Virus record (IMG/VR): IMGVR_UViG_3300014208_001433
Coordinates: 29,134-93,133 of that record
Length of the DNA: 64,000 bases
Source of the DNA: a virus
Strand: one strand, 5' to 3'
Shown: positions 47,734 to 56,398 of the stretch, piece after piece
Numbering within the stretch: position 1 is the stretch's first letter
How the letters are laid out: every line of letters starts with the position of its first letter
The notes under the pieces: model-generated
Told to the model about the DNA's origin: nothing
The model's database searches: none
Seen by the model: only the letters and a program-made list of their open reading frames with translations
Program-made: the position numbers and the translations under genes

Positions 47734-49383
47734 ATGGGGAGAATAATTGAGATAAAACAACCGAAGCAGCGGAAAGTTATTCCGGAGGTAATTGTTTACC
47801 GGAACCATGCAAAAAATCTTGCGGACTTACAATTTGACGCGAGTAGGTATGCATACTCAATTAATACTTTTAATGATGTTGACGGAATTCTTGCGACGGC
47901 AAGGTTAACATTCACCTCAGCAATAGCTCCGGCTGGATTGAACATTGGTCATAATCAATTTTATAATTTGATGAAAGTAAAAGTTGCAGTAGGGAGTATC
48001 ATCACTATTAAAATTGATGGACGAACCGATAAACCGGATTTTCTCGGGATGGTGGACCGGATTTATGAAGGCAAAGTTTCGGACGGAAGCAGTGTTGGCA
48101 GAACAGTAAATATTAATTGCAGCCTTCTTCTTCCAAAGTTGTTGATAAAAGATTCTATTCCAAACTCACCCGTGTTAAGCGCGGACAAAGAATATTTAGA
48201 ACCGAGACTTGGAAAGGAAAGATTAAAGTTTTGGACATACTTAAGGGGAGCGAATATTGATGCAGAGGATTACCCCTTTAACAAACCGCCGATAAACGGT
48301 ATAAAATGGGTGTTGGAAAACATGCCAGGTACGAATATCATAAACAGTCCATTGCAGAAAACGGTAAAAGAAATACTTGACGGTAATGTTACAGACGCGG
48401 ACGGAGTACCTATTTTTAATTTCGAAATGTTGAATAACGAAATAATGTTCGATCCTTCAAGTTCGGTATTTTTTGGAACGGTGTACGAGTACCTACGAAA
48501 ATTTTTAGATAATTATTTTTATGAATTGTTTTTCGATACGGTAAAGGGGAAAAACGGAGAGGCGTACAACCAGATGACGATAAGAACAAAACCTTACTCT
48601 TACAGTGATAGCAAGAAAAACGGCTGGAAAATTTGGAATGATCTTGACACGGTTGTTTTTAAATCGGAATACAGAATCCGTGAGGAATTAGGTACGGATG
48701 ATTTTGAGCTGAAGAATTTCTTTTCAACCACATATACAAGCAGCTTAATAGCAAACCAGGAATTAGCATTAGGGAAACTTGGAGTAATGTTTCCGATCAT
48801 AAACTTAGCGAGCATAAAAGAATATGGATTGAGGGAAATTGCAGTAAACTCAACAAATTTGAACATACGCGAACTGACCGATGAGATAAAGAAAAAATTA
48901 GAAAACGGCGAAACACCAACGGAAGAAGAAAAGGGAAAAGAGTTTGAATGGTTGTTAAACAAGCGAGATAAGGTTTTTGAATGGAATGTTTGTAATGAAC
49001 TTTTCGATAAGGGGACACTTACGGCATTGGGGAATAGTGGATACAGAATAGGAAGAAAACTTTTCTACCAGGACAAAGAGTATTGGTATCCTTATGATGA
49101 TATGGAAAATAAAACCCAAAAATTTACCGGAGTTGAATACTATATAAAGAACGTTGCTCAAAGTTGGACTTACGGCGCTGAATGGCATTCAACAATGCAA
49201 CTGACGCGCGGGCAAGCAAAGGGAGTAATTGAAAAACATATTAAGGCTTTAGAAGCGGCCGCAGATACTATTTACAAGAAAAACAATTTGGAAGGGAAAA
49301 CAACAGCCACAACGCCGATAGATACTTCAGAGAATAGAGATAATTATGAGAAAGACATTAACGGATTATTTAACATAGCATGA
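47734..49383 (+). CDS. Baseplate hub protein
   Basis: Position; YELFFD, YGLRE, GNSGYRIG, YYIKNVAQSW and LTRG motifs. Confidence 0.65.
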   Translation: MGRIIEIKQPKQRKVIPEVIVYRNHAKNLADLQFDASRYAYSINTFNDVDGILATARLTFTSAIAPAGLNIGHNQFYNLMKVKVAVGSIITIKIDGRTDKPDFLGMVDRIYEGKVSDGSSVGRTVNINCSLLLPKLLIKDSIPNSPVLSADKEYLEPRLGKERLKFWTYLRGANIDAEDYPFNKPPINGIKWVLENMPGTNIINSPLQKTVKEILDGNVTDADGVPIFNFEMLNNEIMFDPSSSVFFGTVYEYLRKFLDNYFYELFFDTVKGKNGEAYNQMTIRTKPYSYSDSKKNGWKIWNDLDTVVFKSEYRIREELGTDDFELKNFFSTTYTSSLIANQELALGKLGVMFPIINLASIKEYGLREIAVNSTNLNIRELTDEIKKKLENGETPTEEEKGKEFEWLLNKRDKVFEWNVCNELFDKGTLTALGNSGYRIGRKLFYQDKEYWYPYDDMENKTQKFTGVEYYIKNVAQSWTYGAEWHSTMQLTRGQAKGVIEKHIKALEAAADTIYKKNNLEGKTTATTPIDTSENRDNYEKDINGLFNIA

Positions 49384-50300
49384 AAAAGAAAAATGAAAAT
49401 ATTGTAGCAAAAGAGAAAGTATTTTTTCTCGGTAAATTAATTTTTGACCGGAAGCAGATGAATACTTTTTTCCGTGATCAAAACGGAGTGCTGCATGATT
49501 TACTGAAGATTAGTTTTTCTTCCAAAGAATTTAACAGCGAAGACGGCGATTTGATTTTACCGAAGCCGGAGATCATAGATGGGAACGGCGCTATTGAAGA
49601 ATCGGGTGATATGTTGCTTTACAGTTATATAAACGGGAACCCCGATGATATTGTAATAATATCTTCCATTTATAACATAAAACTTTCGCATGTAGATAAA
49701 CAGTTGAGGATGGGAACGGATGATATTGACGCGATAAGAAAGCGAATTGGGGTAAGAAATAACAAGAAACGCTATTTGGTGATAAATGATGACGGTGCCG
49801 GTAATTATTATTTTTATCTGAAGGGAAAGGACAAAAACGGGAATGTAGCGGTAAAAATAACCGGTGACGGCGAAGGGAACGGAAATTTTAAGTTTGAGTT
49901 GAACGGAAAATGTTTGCTTAAACAGGTTGACGACAAAGGGGAATTGATAAGTAAAATATTTATGGATAACACCAAGGACGCAGAAAAAACCATATTTGAG
50001 GATAAGCACCAAAACGTAATTACCATGAGCAAGGATGGAGTGACTATTACCGATCAGAATAAGAATTTGGTGGAACTGAACAAAAAAGGAATGATCGTTA
50101 AAGGGGAATGTATTGATGTAAAAGGGAGAGATTCAACGGGCACATTAACTCTTAAAAAAATATTAACTGATTTAGTGCAAGCAATACTAGCAATGACACA
50201 ACCAACAAACACCGGCGCTACCGTAGGTCCACCGGTTAATATGGCTGACTTTTTAAAAGTAAAACAAGACGCGGAAAAATTGTTAAAGGAGAATAGTTGA
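49380..50300 (+). CDS. Central spike (gp5/gp45-like)
   Basis: Position; beta-helix-like repeats (ITMSKDGVTITD); C-terminal TNTGATVGPPVNMADF. Confidence 0.55.
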   Translation: MKKKNENIVAKEKVFFLGKLIFDRKQMNTFFRDQNGVLHDLLKISFSSKEFNSEDGDLILPKPEIIDGNGAIEESGDMLLYSYINGNPDDIVIISSIYNIKLSHVDKQLRMGTDDIDAIRKRIGVRNNKKRYLVINDDGAGNYYFYLKGKDKNGNVAVKITGDGEGNGNFKFELNGKCLLKQVDDKGELISKIFMDNTKDAEKTIFEDKHQNVITMSKDGVTITDQNKNLVELNKKGMIVKGECIDVKGRDSTGTLTLKKILTDLVQAILAMTQPTNTGATVGPPVNMADFLKVKQDAEKLLKENS

Positions 50301-50301
50301 A

Positions 50302-50553
50302 ATGGCATTAGCGACAATGGCACTACAAACAGCATTAGAGGCAGCATTAACTGCGAACATCCCTTCAGCCGAAGGTACTGAAAAAGCAAAAGCCATGGCA
50401 AAAGCTTTGGCAACGGCAATGGCTACCGCAATGGAAACGTTTGTAAGAAGCGGCACGGTGGCATTTGCCCCGGGGACAGTGACCGGGATAGCAACTCCGG
50501 TAACCGGAGGACCAATAACGGCGGGAGCTGCAACCGGCGGGGCGATTACGTGA
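50302..50553 (+). CDS. Small spike-associated protein
   Basis: Ala-rich helix then Gly/Thr-rich tail; follows the spike. Confidence 0.5.
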   Translation: MALATMALQTALEAALTANIPSAEGTEKAKAMAKALATAMATAMETFVRSGTVAFAPGTVTGIATPVTGGPITAGAATGGAIT

Positions 50554-50562
50554 AAATTCAAA

Positions 50563-50621
50563 TTTCAACCCTTCGGAGAGAGAGAGAATACTTAAATAAC
50601 GAACGTATTAAACAAAGTATT
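50563..50621 (+). promoter_or_regulatory. Putative late promoter, copy 5, plus conserved leader
   Basis: TTTCAACCCTTCGGAGA-N13-TAAATA-N6-GTATTAAACAAAGTATT. Confidence 0.8.
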
Positions 50622-50635
50622 TACCCTAAGTATTA

Positions 50636-51400
50636 TTGCCAATGAAACTCTATTTCAACATACCACAAATGCCCTATATCGTTTTTGAACTTTTGAGGAT
50701 CAAGATAGATGATTACGTGGATGAAAACTATGTAGCTGAGAGTGTAGATACTATTTATTTGCAAACTTTCCCGGAACAGTATGATTTTAGGTTAAGGGCA
50801 AGAGACGCAATGACGCAAACCGATAGCGAAGTATTTATAAATAAATATGATTTTGCACCGGAACGATTGAGTTTTAATGGTACGTTTGGGGTAAAAGACC
50901 GGGGTATGATGAGCGGATACAACAGGTTAAAACAGTTCGAGAAAGAAATTATCAGAAGAAGTAAAACAGCAAGTTTACCTAACGCCGGAGACGGCGAACG
51001 GTTTATTTATGTAGTAAATTTTTATGGATTTGAATTCGGCAAGTTTGGGAATATAAATGTTTCTACGTGGAATACTCGCGGAAACGCTAGAGAAAATTCG
51101 GACTTAATAAAATATTCTTTTGAATTTGATATTATCGGTAAACTTGTAAAAACAAATTCGAAAGACCCTTTGCTTACGGCGCTGAATGAAGTTTTCGGGG
51201 AAGACGGACTTATTGCCGATGCACTTGATTACGTGAATAGTAATGAGACGGTGCAGAATGTTTACCAGGGTATGGGAACCATGAAGCAGCTTTCAACTTT
51301 ACCTCAGCAAGGATTAAGCTTTGTTGCTGATACCATAACAAACGCAATTAAAGATGTAGGGAAATTTGTTACTACAAGACCGGAAGGGGGAATATTCTAA
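50636..51400 (+). CDS. Baseplate/tube-initiator-like protein
   Basis: PEQY......R....QT and LSFNGTFG motifs; start may be ATG 50642. Confidence 0.5.
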   Translation: MPMKLYFNIPQMPYIVFELLRIKIDDYVDENYVAESVDTIYLQTFPEQYDFRLRARDAMTQTDSEVFINKYDFAPERLSFNGTFGVKDRGMMSGYNRLKQFEKEIIRRSKTASLPNAGDGERFIYVVNFYGFEFGKFGNINVSTWNTRGNARENSDLIKYSFEFDIIGKLVKTNSKDPLLTALNEVFGEDGLIADALDYVNSNETVQNVYQGMGTMKQLSTLPQQGLSFVADTITNAIKDVGKFVTTRPEGGIF

Positions 51401-52188
51401 TGACTTACAACCAATACAAAAGTGATCTTGAAACCTCCTTGATGGTAGTAAGTTATCTTATTGGCAATGTTGAGGCAAATGTAACAGATGAATTCGACAC
51501 AATTAATTACGCTGAGGTGTTATTAAATTTAAACATTCTCCAACAAAGGGTTAAAAGATTATTGTCAGCTCATAAATTTTTGAAAGTGAGTGAAGAAGAA
51601 TTTTCGATGATGTTTGAGGGGAAAACTAATAGATCGATTGAAATTATACACAATGTTACAGGTTATGATTCTTTGATGAGCATTGCAAAGAAATACAACA
51701 TTACCGAAGAGCAAATACTACAGAAGAACAATGTTTTAAGCAGTGAAATAATCGCCGGTATGCAGTTAGTAGTTGAAGTTGAGAGCAGCAAAGGTCTGAA
51801 CAAGATTTATGAGCAGATTGCAGTTTATGGAAGCCAAATAGGAACGGAAATTTTAGGAACGGATTTACCAAATGAACTTGTCGAAAACGGTGTTGGAGAT
51901 CTGAAAATATTAACGAATGAAGAAACCGTTAGCCAGGGAGTGCAGAACAGAATTTATACGAAGGCGGGCGATTATCCGTTGGAACCAAATTTTGGGATAG
52001 AGCTTGCGGGAAGTGAGATACCGGCGGATTTAATGAACGGAATGTTAATGCTAAAAATAGTTGATCAACTTGAAAATGATTTACGCATAAGTGATGTTGA
52101 AAGCTTAGAGATTGAAAAAGCCGGAAATGCTTTAATAATAACTGCGGCAGTGAGAACAATTAATAACCAAATATTGGAAATAAAATAA
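51400..52188 (+). CDS. LysM + gp25-like baseplate wedge protein
   Basis: DSLMSIAKKYNITEEQILQKN (LysM); GDYPLEPNFG...LENDLRISDV (gp25-like). Confidence 0.75.
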   Translation: MTYNQYKSDLETSLMVVSYLIGNVEANVTDEFDTINYAEVLLNLNILQQRVKRLLSAHKFLKVSEEEFSMMFEGKTNRSIEIIHNVTGYDSLMSIAKKYNITEEQILQKNNVLSSEIIAGMQLVVEVESSKGLNKIYEQIAVYGSQIGTEILGTDLPNELVENGVGDLKILTNEETVSQGVQNRIYTKAGDYPLEPNFGIELAGSEIPADLMNGMLMLKIVDQLENDLRISDVESLEIEKAGNALIITAAVRTINNQILEIK

Positions 52189-52517
52189 TGAATACGAAAG
52201 AATACACAGATTTAACTTTTGTCGGTACAGACAGTCCGGCAATATATTTAGCAAAACATATTCTAACGGCATTAGTTATACCGGTTGATACTGATTATGA
52301 CGGAAAGAGTTTAACCGTAAAAGCCGGGAACTCAACAACCGATCTTAAACAAGTTTACGATCAGGACGGCGATGCGGTGGTAATACAAATAGGAAGCAAT
52401 AGGTATATTTTTCTTGATCTGCAAAATTTTGCCGGAGCAACTTATTTACAATTTGTTGCAAGTGCATCTTTAGACGGAAAGACGATAAAAGCCGTAACAT
52501 TTAACACACAAGAATAA
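52188..52517 (+). CDS. Hypothetical structural protein
   Basis: TAATG coupling; beta-rich. Confidence 0.55.
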   Translation: MNTKEYTDLTFVGTDSPAIYLAKHILTALVIPVDTDYDGKSLTVKAGNSTTDLKQVYDQDGDAVVIQIGSNRYIFLDLQNFAGATYLQFVASASLDGKTIKAVTFNTQE

Positions 52518-52530
52518 CAGTGTATTAACA

Positions 52531-52644
52531 ATGAAAATCTTATTGCTAATAAACAGACTAAAACAATATTTAAAAAAATATCTCCTCGATGAAACTAAAA
52601 AATTCATCCGGGATGAGAACGGAAATCATATACAAGGAGATTAG
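52531..52644 (+). CDS. 37-aa ORF absent from the ORF track
   Basis: MKILLLINRLKQYLKKYLLDETKKFIRDENGNHIQGD*; fills the gap and contains the SD of the DGR target gene. Confidence 0.5.
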   Translation: MKILLLINRLKQYLKKYLLDETKKFIRDENGNHIQGD

Positions 52645-52646
52645 AA

Positions 52647-54290
52647 ATGCCTAAGATAAGTGAATATACAGAATTAGTAACCCCTACCGATGACGACCTA
52701 TTGATAACGGTAAGCGCAGGCGTTACAAAAAAAATAAAACGAGCAAATTTTTTAGGGAAAACATTGAATTACATTGGCATTGCCGGAACCACCGGTTTTG
52801 GTGTTGGTATTTGTCCGAATACTTTGCCCGCAGGGATGCTTCCTCTTGTTGGTTATGACGTTATTGGTCACGACCAATACGGAAACTACCAATACAGTGA
52901 CGGCAGTATAATGGTTTGGGTGCCGAAATTTTATTACAAAGTCTTGCATGACGGTTCAACGAATATTAACAAAGTGCTTATTGCCAGCGTTTATGATTAC
53001 GAGAACGAAACAGCCGCTAATGCAGCCGGATATGCTCTACACCGCGCTTTCATTGACGGCGGAGTAATTAAAGATGGCTTCTTTATTGATAAGTACAAAT
53101 GGAGCTTAACGGCTTTTGTTAACGGTAGCGCGGGCATAGCCTCGTCTATCAAGAATGGTAATCCCATAACAAGTTCAGCTGATGCAAATAGAGATGCAAG
53201 CAATTTGTATGCTGGTTCTTTTGCTGATTGTATTTCTAATTCCCAAACACCGGCTGAAAATTATGGCGGTGCTTGGGCGGCGGCAAAAAGTCGCGGAAAT
53301 GATTTTGCTAATAGCTCCATGTTTATTTGGTCAGCAATAAAATATTTGAATATTGCACATGGACAAGCAGCTACATCAACCACTAATTGCGCTTGGTATT
53401 TAACTAATAAGAATTACCCGAAAGGGAATAACAATTACGGTGCAGACATTGACGATGCAACTTGCACATTTGCCGCTTGTGATGACGGATATTGGGCGGC
53501 GCGAAACGAAGCACGTAAAAACGGAAGCGGAACATTATTTGCAAAAACTACCCACAACGGGCAAAATTGCGGAGTTGCAGATTTGCAAGGTGACCAATGG
53601 CAGATTTGCCAAGGATTAACAGCAATTGTTTCTGCTTTAACGATTGATAATGTAACCGGTGATGGTACTTATGTAACAATACAGACAACGGCGGTGCATG
53701 GATTGGTCGCAAATAATTGGGTGATGTTAACGTCCCTACAAGCTTCTTTAACCGACAAGATGTGGAAGGTGTATGATGTGCCGTCTACAACAACAATACG
53801 CATACAAAGCACCGAAGCATCTATTACCGACACTGCCGGTACTTTAACTAAAGGCAAATTTTATGCAATTAAAGAAAGTGTATCTATTAAAGATGTGACT
53901 GGTTCAAACACCGGCGCGACAGACCATTTTGGGGCAACCGGTGTTGCTGCGTTAATGGAAGAAGTAATCCCTAACTTCGCCAACGGCGGAGGTTTTGGGC
54001 AATTATTTGGGAATAGCACAAACCAAGTTTTACCATTTAATATCTCTCGCACAAACAATAGTTACAAGTTAGGTGGTCTAGCACTACCGGATGTAAGCGG
54101 TATGAGCGCGGGTGGAACAAATTTATTTGGCTTGGATTATTTTTACCAATATTTAATCAATGAAATGTGCCCTATTCTCGGCGGCTATTGGAATGATTCA
54201 GCGGGTGCCGGAGTTTGGTCTGTCTATTTGAATCTCATTCGTACTAGTTCATATAGGAGTGTTTCGGGGCGCGCGTGCCTTTATGTTTAA
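52647..54290 (+). CDS. DGR target: tail fibre/receptor-binding protein with C-terminal CLec-type variable region
   Basis: MVWVPKFYY, LHRAFIDGG, GFFIDKY, THNGQNCGVADLQGDQWQ, and GGYW...AGVW...GRA; 3' end is the VR. Confidence 0.9.
   Translation: MPKISEYTELVTPTDDDLLITVSAGVTKKIKRANFLGKTLNYIGIAGTTGFGVGICPNTLPAGMLPLVGYDVIGHDQYGNYQYSDGSIMVWVPKFYYKVLHDGSTNINKVLIASVYDYENETAANAAGYALHRAFIDGGVIKDGFFIDKYKWSLTAFVNGSAGIASSIKNGNPITSSADANRDASNLYAGSFADCISNSQTPAENYGGAWAAAKSRGNDFANSSMFIWSAIKYLNIAHGQAATSTTNCAWYLTNKNYPKGNNNYGADIDDATCTFAACDDGYWAARNEARKNGSGTLFAKTTHNGQNCGVADLQGDQWQICQGLTAIVSALTIDNVTGDGTYVTIQTTAVHGLVANNWVMLTSLQASLTDKMWKVYDVPSTTTIRIQSTEASITDTAGTLTKGKFYAIKESVSIKDVTGSNTGATDHFGATGVAALMEEVIPNFANGGGFGQLFGNSTNQVLPFNISRTNNSYKLGGLALPDVSGMSAGGTNLFGLDYFYQYLINEMCPILGGYWNDSAGAGVWSVYLNLIRTSSYRSVSGRACLYV
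54164..54277 (+). repeat. DGR variable repeat (VR)
   Basis: 114 nt; differs from TR at 16 positions, all TR adenines; ends in GC-rich tcggggcgcgcgtg. Confidence 0.95.
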
Positions 54291-54337
54291 TGCACAGCGA
54301 ACGATAGTGAGCGATAATTAAGAAGAAAGAAACGGAA

Positions 54338-54700
54338 ATGGCAGAATATCATTTAATAGTAAAAAAGATTAGAGACATGATTGTTTACAACAACATCATG
54401 CTGAAGCAATTTCCGAAACATGAAAAATATTTATTGGCAAATAAAATAAGGGAGACCGGATATGAAATATTTGAATCCGCCATAACGATCAACAAAAAGT
54501 TTTACAAGAAAACTACGTTTTCTGAGTTGAACATAAAACACGAATTGCTTAGGCAATTTGTAAATCTTGCGGCAGAACTAAAATACATTGATCTGCAAAA
54601 GCATAGAGTTTCTCAAACACACATAGACGAAGTTGGCAAGATGATAGGAGCATGGATAAAGAAAGAATTTGGAAACGATGAACAGAAGGGAAATGCTTAA
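54338..54700 (+). CDS. avd: DGR accessory variability determinant
   Basis: FPKHEKYLLANKIRE...EVGKMIGAWIK four-helix-bundle signature; between target and TR. Confidence 0.9.
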   Translation: MAEYHLIVKKIRDMIVYNNIMLKQFPKHEKYLLANKIRETGYEIFESAITINKKFYKKTTFSELNIKHELLRQFVNLAAELKYIDLQKHRVSQTHIDEVGKMIGAWIKKEFGNDEQKGNA

Positions 54701-54701
54701 T

Positions 54702-54815
54702 AATGTGCCCTATTCTCGGCGGCAATTGGAATAATTCAACGAATGCCGGAGTTTGGAATGTCAATTTGAATAACAATCGAACTAATTCAAATAGAAATGT
54801 TTCGGGGCGCGCGTG
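54702..54815 (+). ncRNA. DGR template repeat (TR)
   Basis: Intergenic copy of VR with 12 AAY codons in the VR frame. Confidence 0.95.
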
Positions 54816-54975
54816 ACTCTGATAATTATATTGAAAGCTATTACGTTAAGGCGTAGCAGATGCAATCTATCAAAGGGAGCGTTTTCCTTGTCCACAGTTG
54901 GCAAAAATGCAACTGAATAATAATTAAAGTAGTAAGTGCGAAATTCTGATTATTTAGGAACTTATAAGAAATAAA

Positions 54976-56010
54976 ATGAAGCGAATAGGAAATTTGAAAA
55001 CGAGTTGGTGCAATTATGAAGCGTTGCACAAAGCATTTTTTGAAGTGAAGAAAAGCAAAAGCTATTATCATTCAATAATTGAATTTGAAAGCAATTTAGT
55101 GAGCAACTTAAACAGAATATTAATATCACTTGAAGACGGCACTTATAAAGTTAAGCCGACACGGGATTTCTATATTACCGATCCGAAGCGGCGTTTGATA
55201 CAAGCTCCGCAATTTGAGGATAGAATTGTACAGCATGCGGTTTTAAATTCAATTAGAGAAACGGTTGAAAATAAATTTATTGATCATACCTATGCATGTA
55301 TTAAGGGACGCGGAACACATGGGGCAAGTGATCTATTAAAAAGATATTTGGTTAATTATAAAAATGAAGGATATTACTTAAAAGTTGATATCAAGAAATT
55401 TTTCTACACCATTAACCACAAAGTTTTAGAATATCAATTAAGCAGAATAATAAAGTGCAAACCCACACTTGAGCTGCTAAAAAAGTTTTATAAAGATGGG
55501 ACGGGCAAAGGGTTGCCTTTGGGAAATGTAACATCACAGCTATTTGCCAATCTTGCGCTTAATCCGATAGATCATTTGTTAAAAAGAGCATTAAAATGTG
55601 TGCATTATGTTCGCTATATGGATGACTTCATAATCCTTTCGAAAAGTAAAGCATTTTTGCATCGAGTTCTCGCGAGCTTAAAACAATTACTTGTAAAACT
55701 AAAATTAGTAACAAATGAAAAAACTCAAATTGGTTTGATTGCCGATGGAGTTGATTTTGTTGGTTATAGAACATGGTTTAACAATAGATTGATACGAAAA
55801 CGATCATTGTATAAAGTTAAACGAGTGCTAAAAAAGAACCCGGATATAAATAGAATTGCTTCTTATTTGGCACATTCGAAACGAACAAACTCATTAAAAT
55901 ATGTAGTAGAGCAAATAACAAAAATTGCAAATCCGTTTATTTGGTTTGTAAAAATATGGTTAATTAAGAATAATAAGAAAGAGGTATATCATGCGATATT
56001 TCAAGGCTAA
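54976..56010 (+). CDS. DGR reverse transcriptase
   Basis: KRRLIQAP.FEDRIVQHA, YACIKGRGTH, LKVDIKKFF, GLPLGNVTSQ, YVRYMDDF and DFVGY motifs. Confidence 0.95.
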   Translation: MKRIGNLKTSWCNYEALHKAFFEVKKSKSYYHSIIEFESNLVSNLNRILISLEDGTYKVKPTRDFYITDPKRRLIQAPQFEDRIVQHAVLNSIRETVENKFIDHTYACIKGRGTHGASDLLKRYLVNYKNEGYYLKVDIKKFFYTINHKVLEYQLSRIIKCKPTLELLKKFYKDGTGKGLPLGNVTSQLFANLALNPIDHLLKRALKCVHYVRYMDDFIILSKSKAFLHRVLASLKQLLVKLKLVTNEKTQIGLIADGVDFVGYRTWFNNRLIRKRSLYKVKRVLKKNPDINRIASYLAHSKRTNSLKYVVEQITKIANPFIWFVKIWLIKNNKKEVYHAIFQG

Positions 56011-56398
56011 AAAAGTAGTAACAGAACACACAACGCTAAGCTTTAACAGCACAAACCAAGAAGATAAGATAGTCCATTACGATGAGATAGATGGGGTTGA
56101 ATTTCTTGGTGTAGAAAGTGCAGATGTAGAAGGATTATTAGCAAAACAACCAGCAGAAATAGAAGCGGTTGAAATAACCTTTGCAGAGGCAAAGCCAACA
56201 CTTGACAACTGCCGGTTAATGAAAGATTATAACGAGATCATAGATAAAAAGGTTGCGGAGAAATATTCCATACCAAAAGAAATTGGATTATTGAAACTAA
56301 TAAAAACTGATCCGGTACGAGTAGTTTATCAACAATATGTTGATAGCTGCAAAGCAGAAGTTCGCCCGATGAAACTTGAAAAAGGATTAGTTGAATAA
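55991..56398 (+). CDS. Hypothetical protein, possibly fibre chaperone
   Basis: GAGG SD; overlaps the RT end and is coupled to the baseplate J gene. Confidence 0.6.
   Translation: MRYFKAKKVVTEHTTLSFNSTNQEDKIVHYDEIDGVEFLGVESADVEGLLAKQPAEIEAVEITFAEAKPTLDNCRLMKDYNEIIDKKVAEKYSIPKEIGLLKLIKTDPVRVVYQQYVDSCKAEVRPMKLEKGLVE

Larger units (their letters stand above)
52647..56010 (+). mobile_element. Diversity-generating retroelement cassette (target-VR, avd, TR, RT)
   Basis: All four components present in BPP-1-like order. Confidence 0.95.

Noticed and set aside
6582-50598. Five 17-mer repeats as a CRISPR array or att sites
   Set aside because: They are kilobases apart, always upstream of operons, with a fixed-distance second box; no spacers, cas genes or integrase were seen.
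54291-54315. Post-VR hairpin/cruciform of the BPP-1 type
   Set aside because: gcgaacgatagtgagcg does not form a clean stem by eye, so it is not called.
54703-54816. 37-codon ORF spanning TR
   Set aside because: A by-product of TR mirroring the VR reading frame; TR functions as RNA.
54976-56010. RT as group II intron, retron or Abi RT
   Set aside because: Short RT with GNVTSQ, adjacent avd and an A-specific TR/VR pair identify a DGR.
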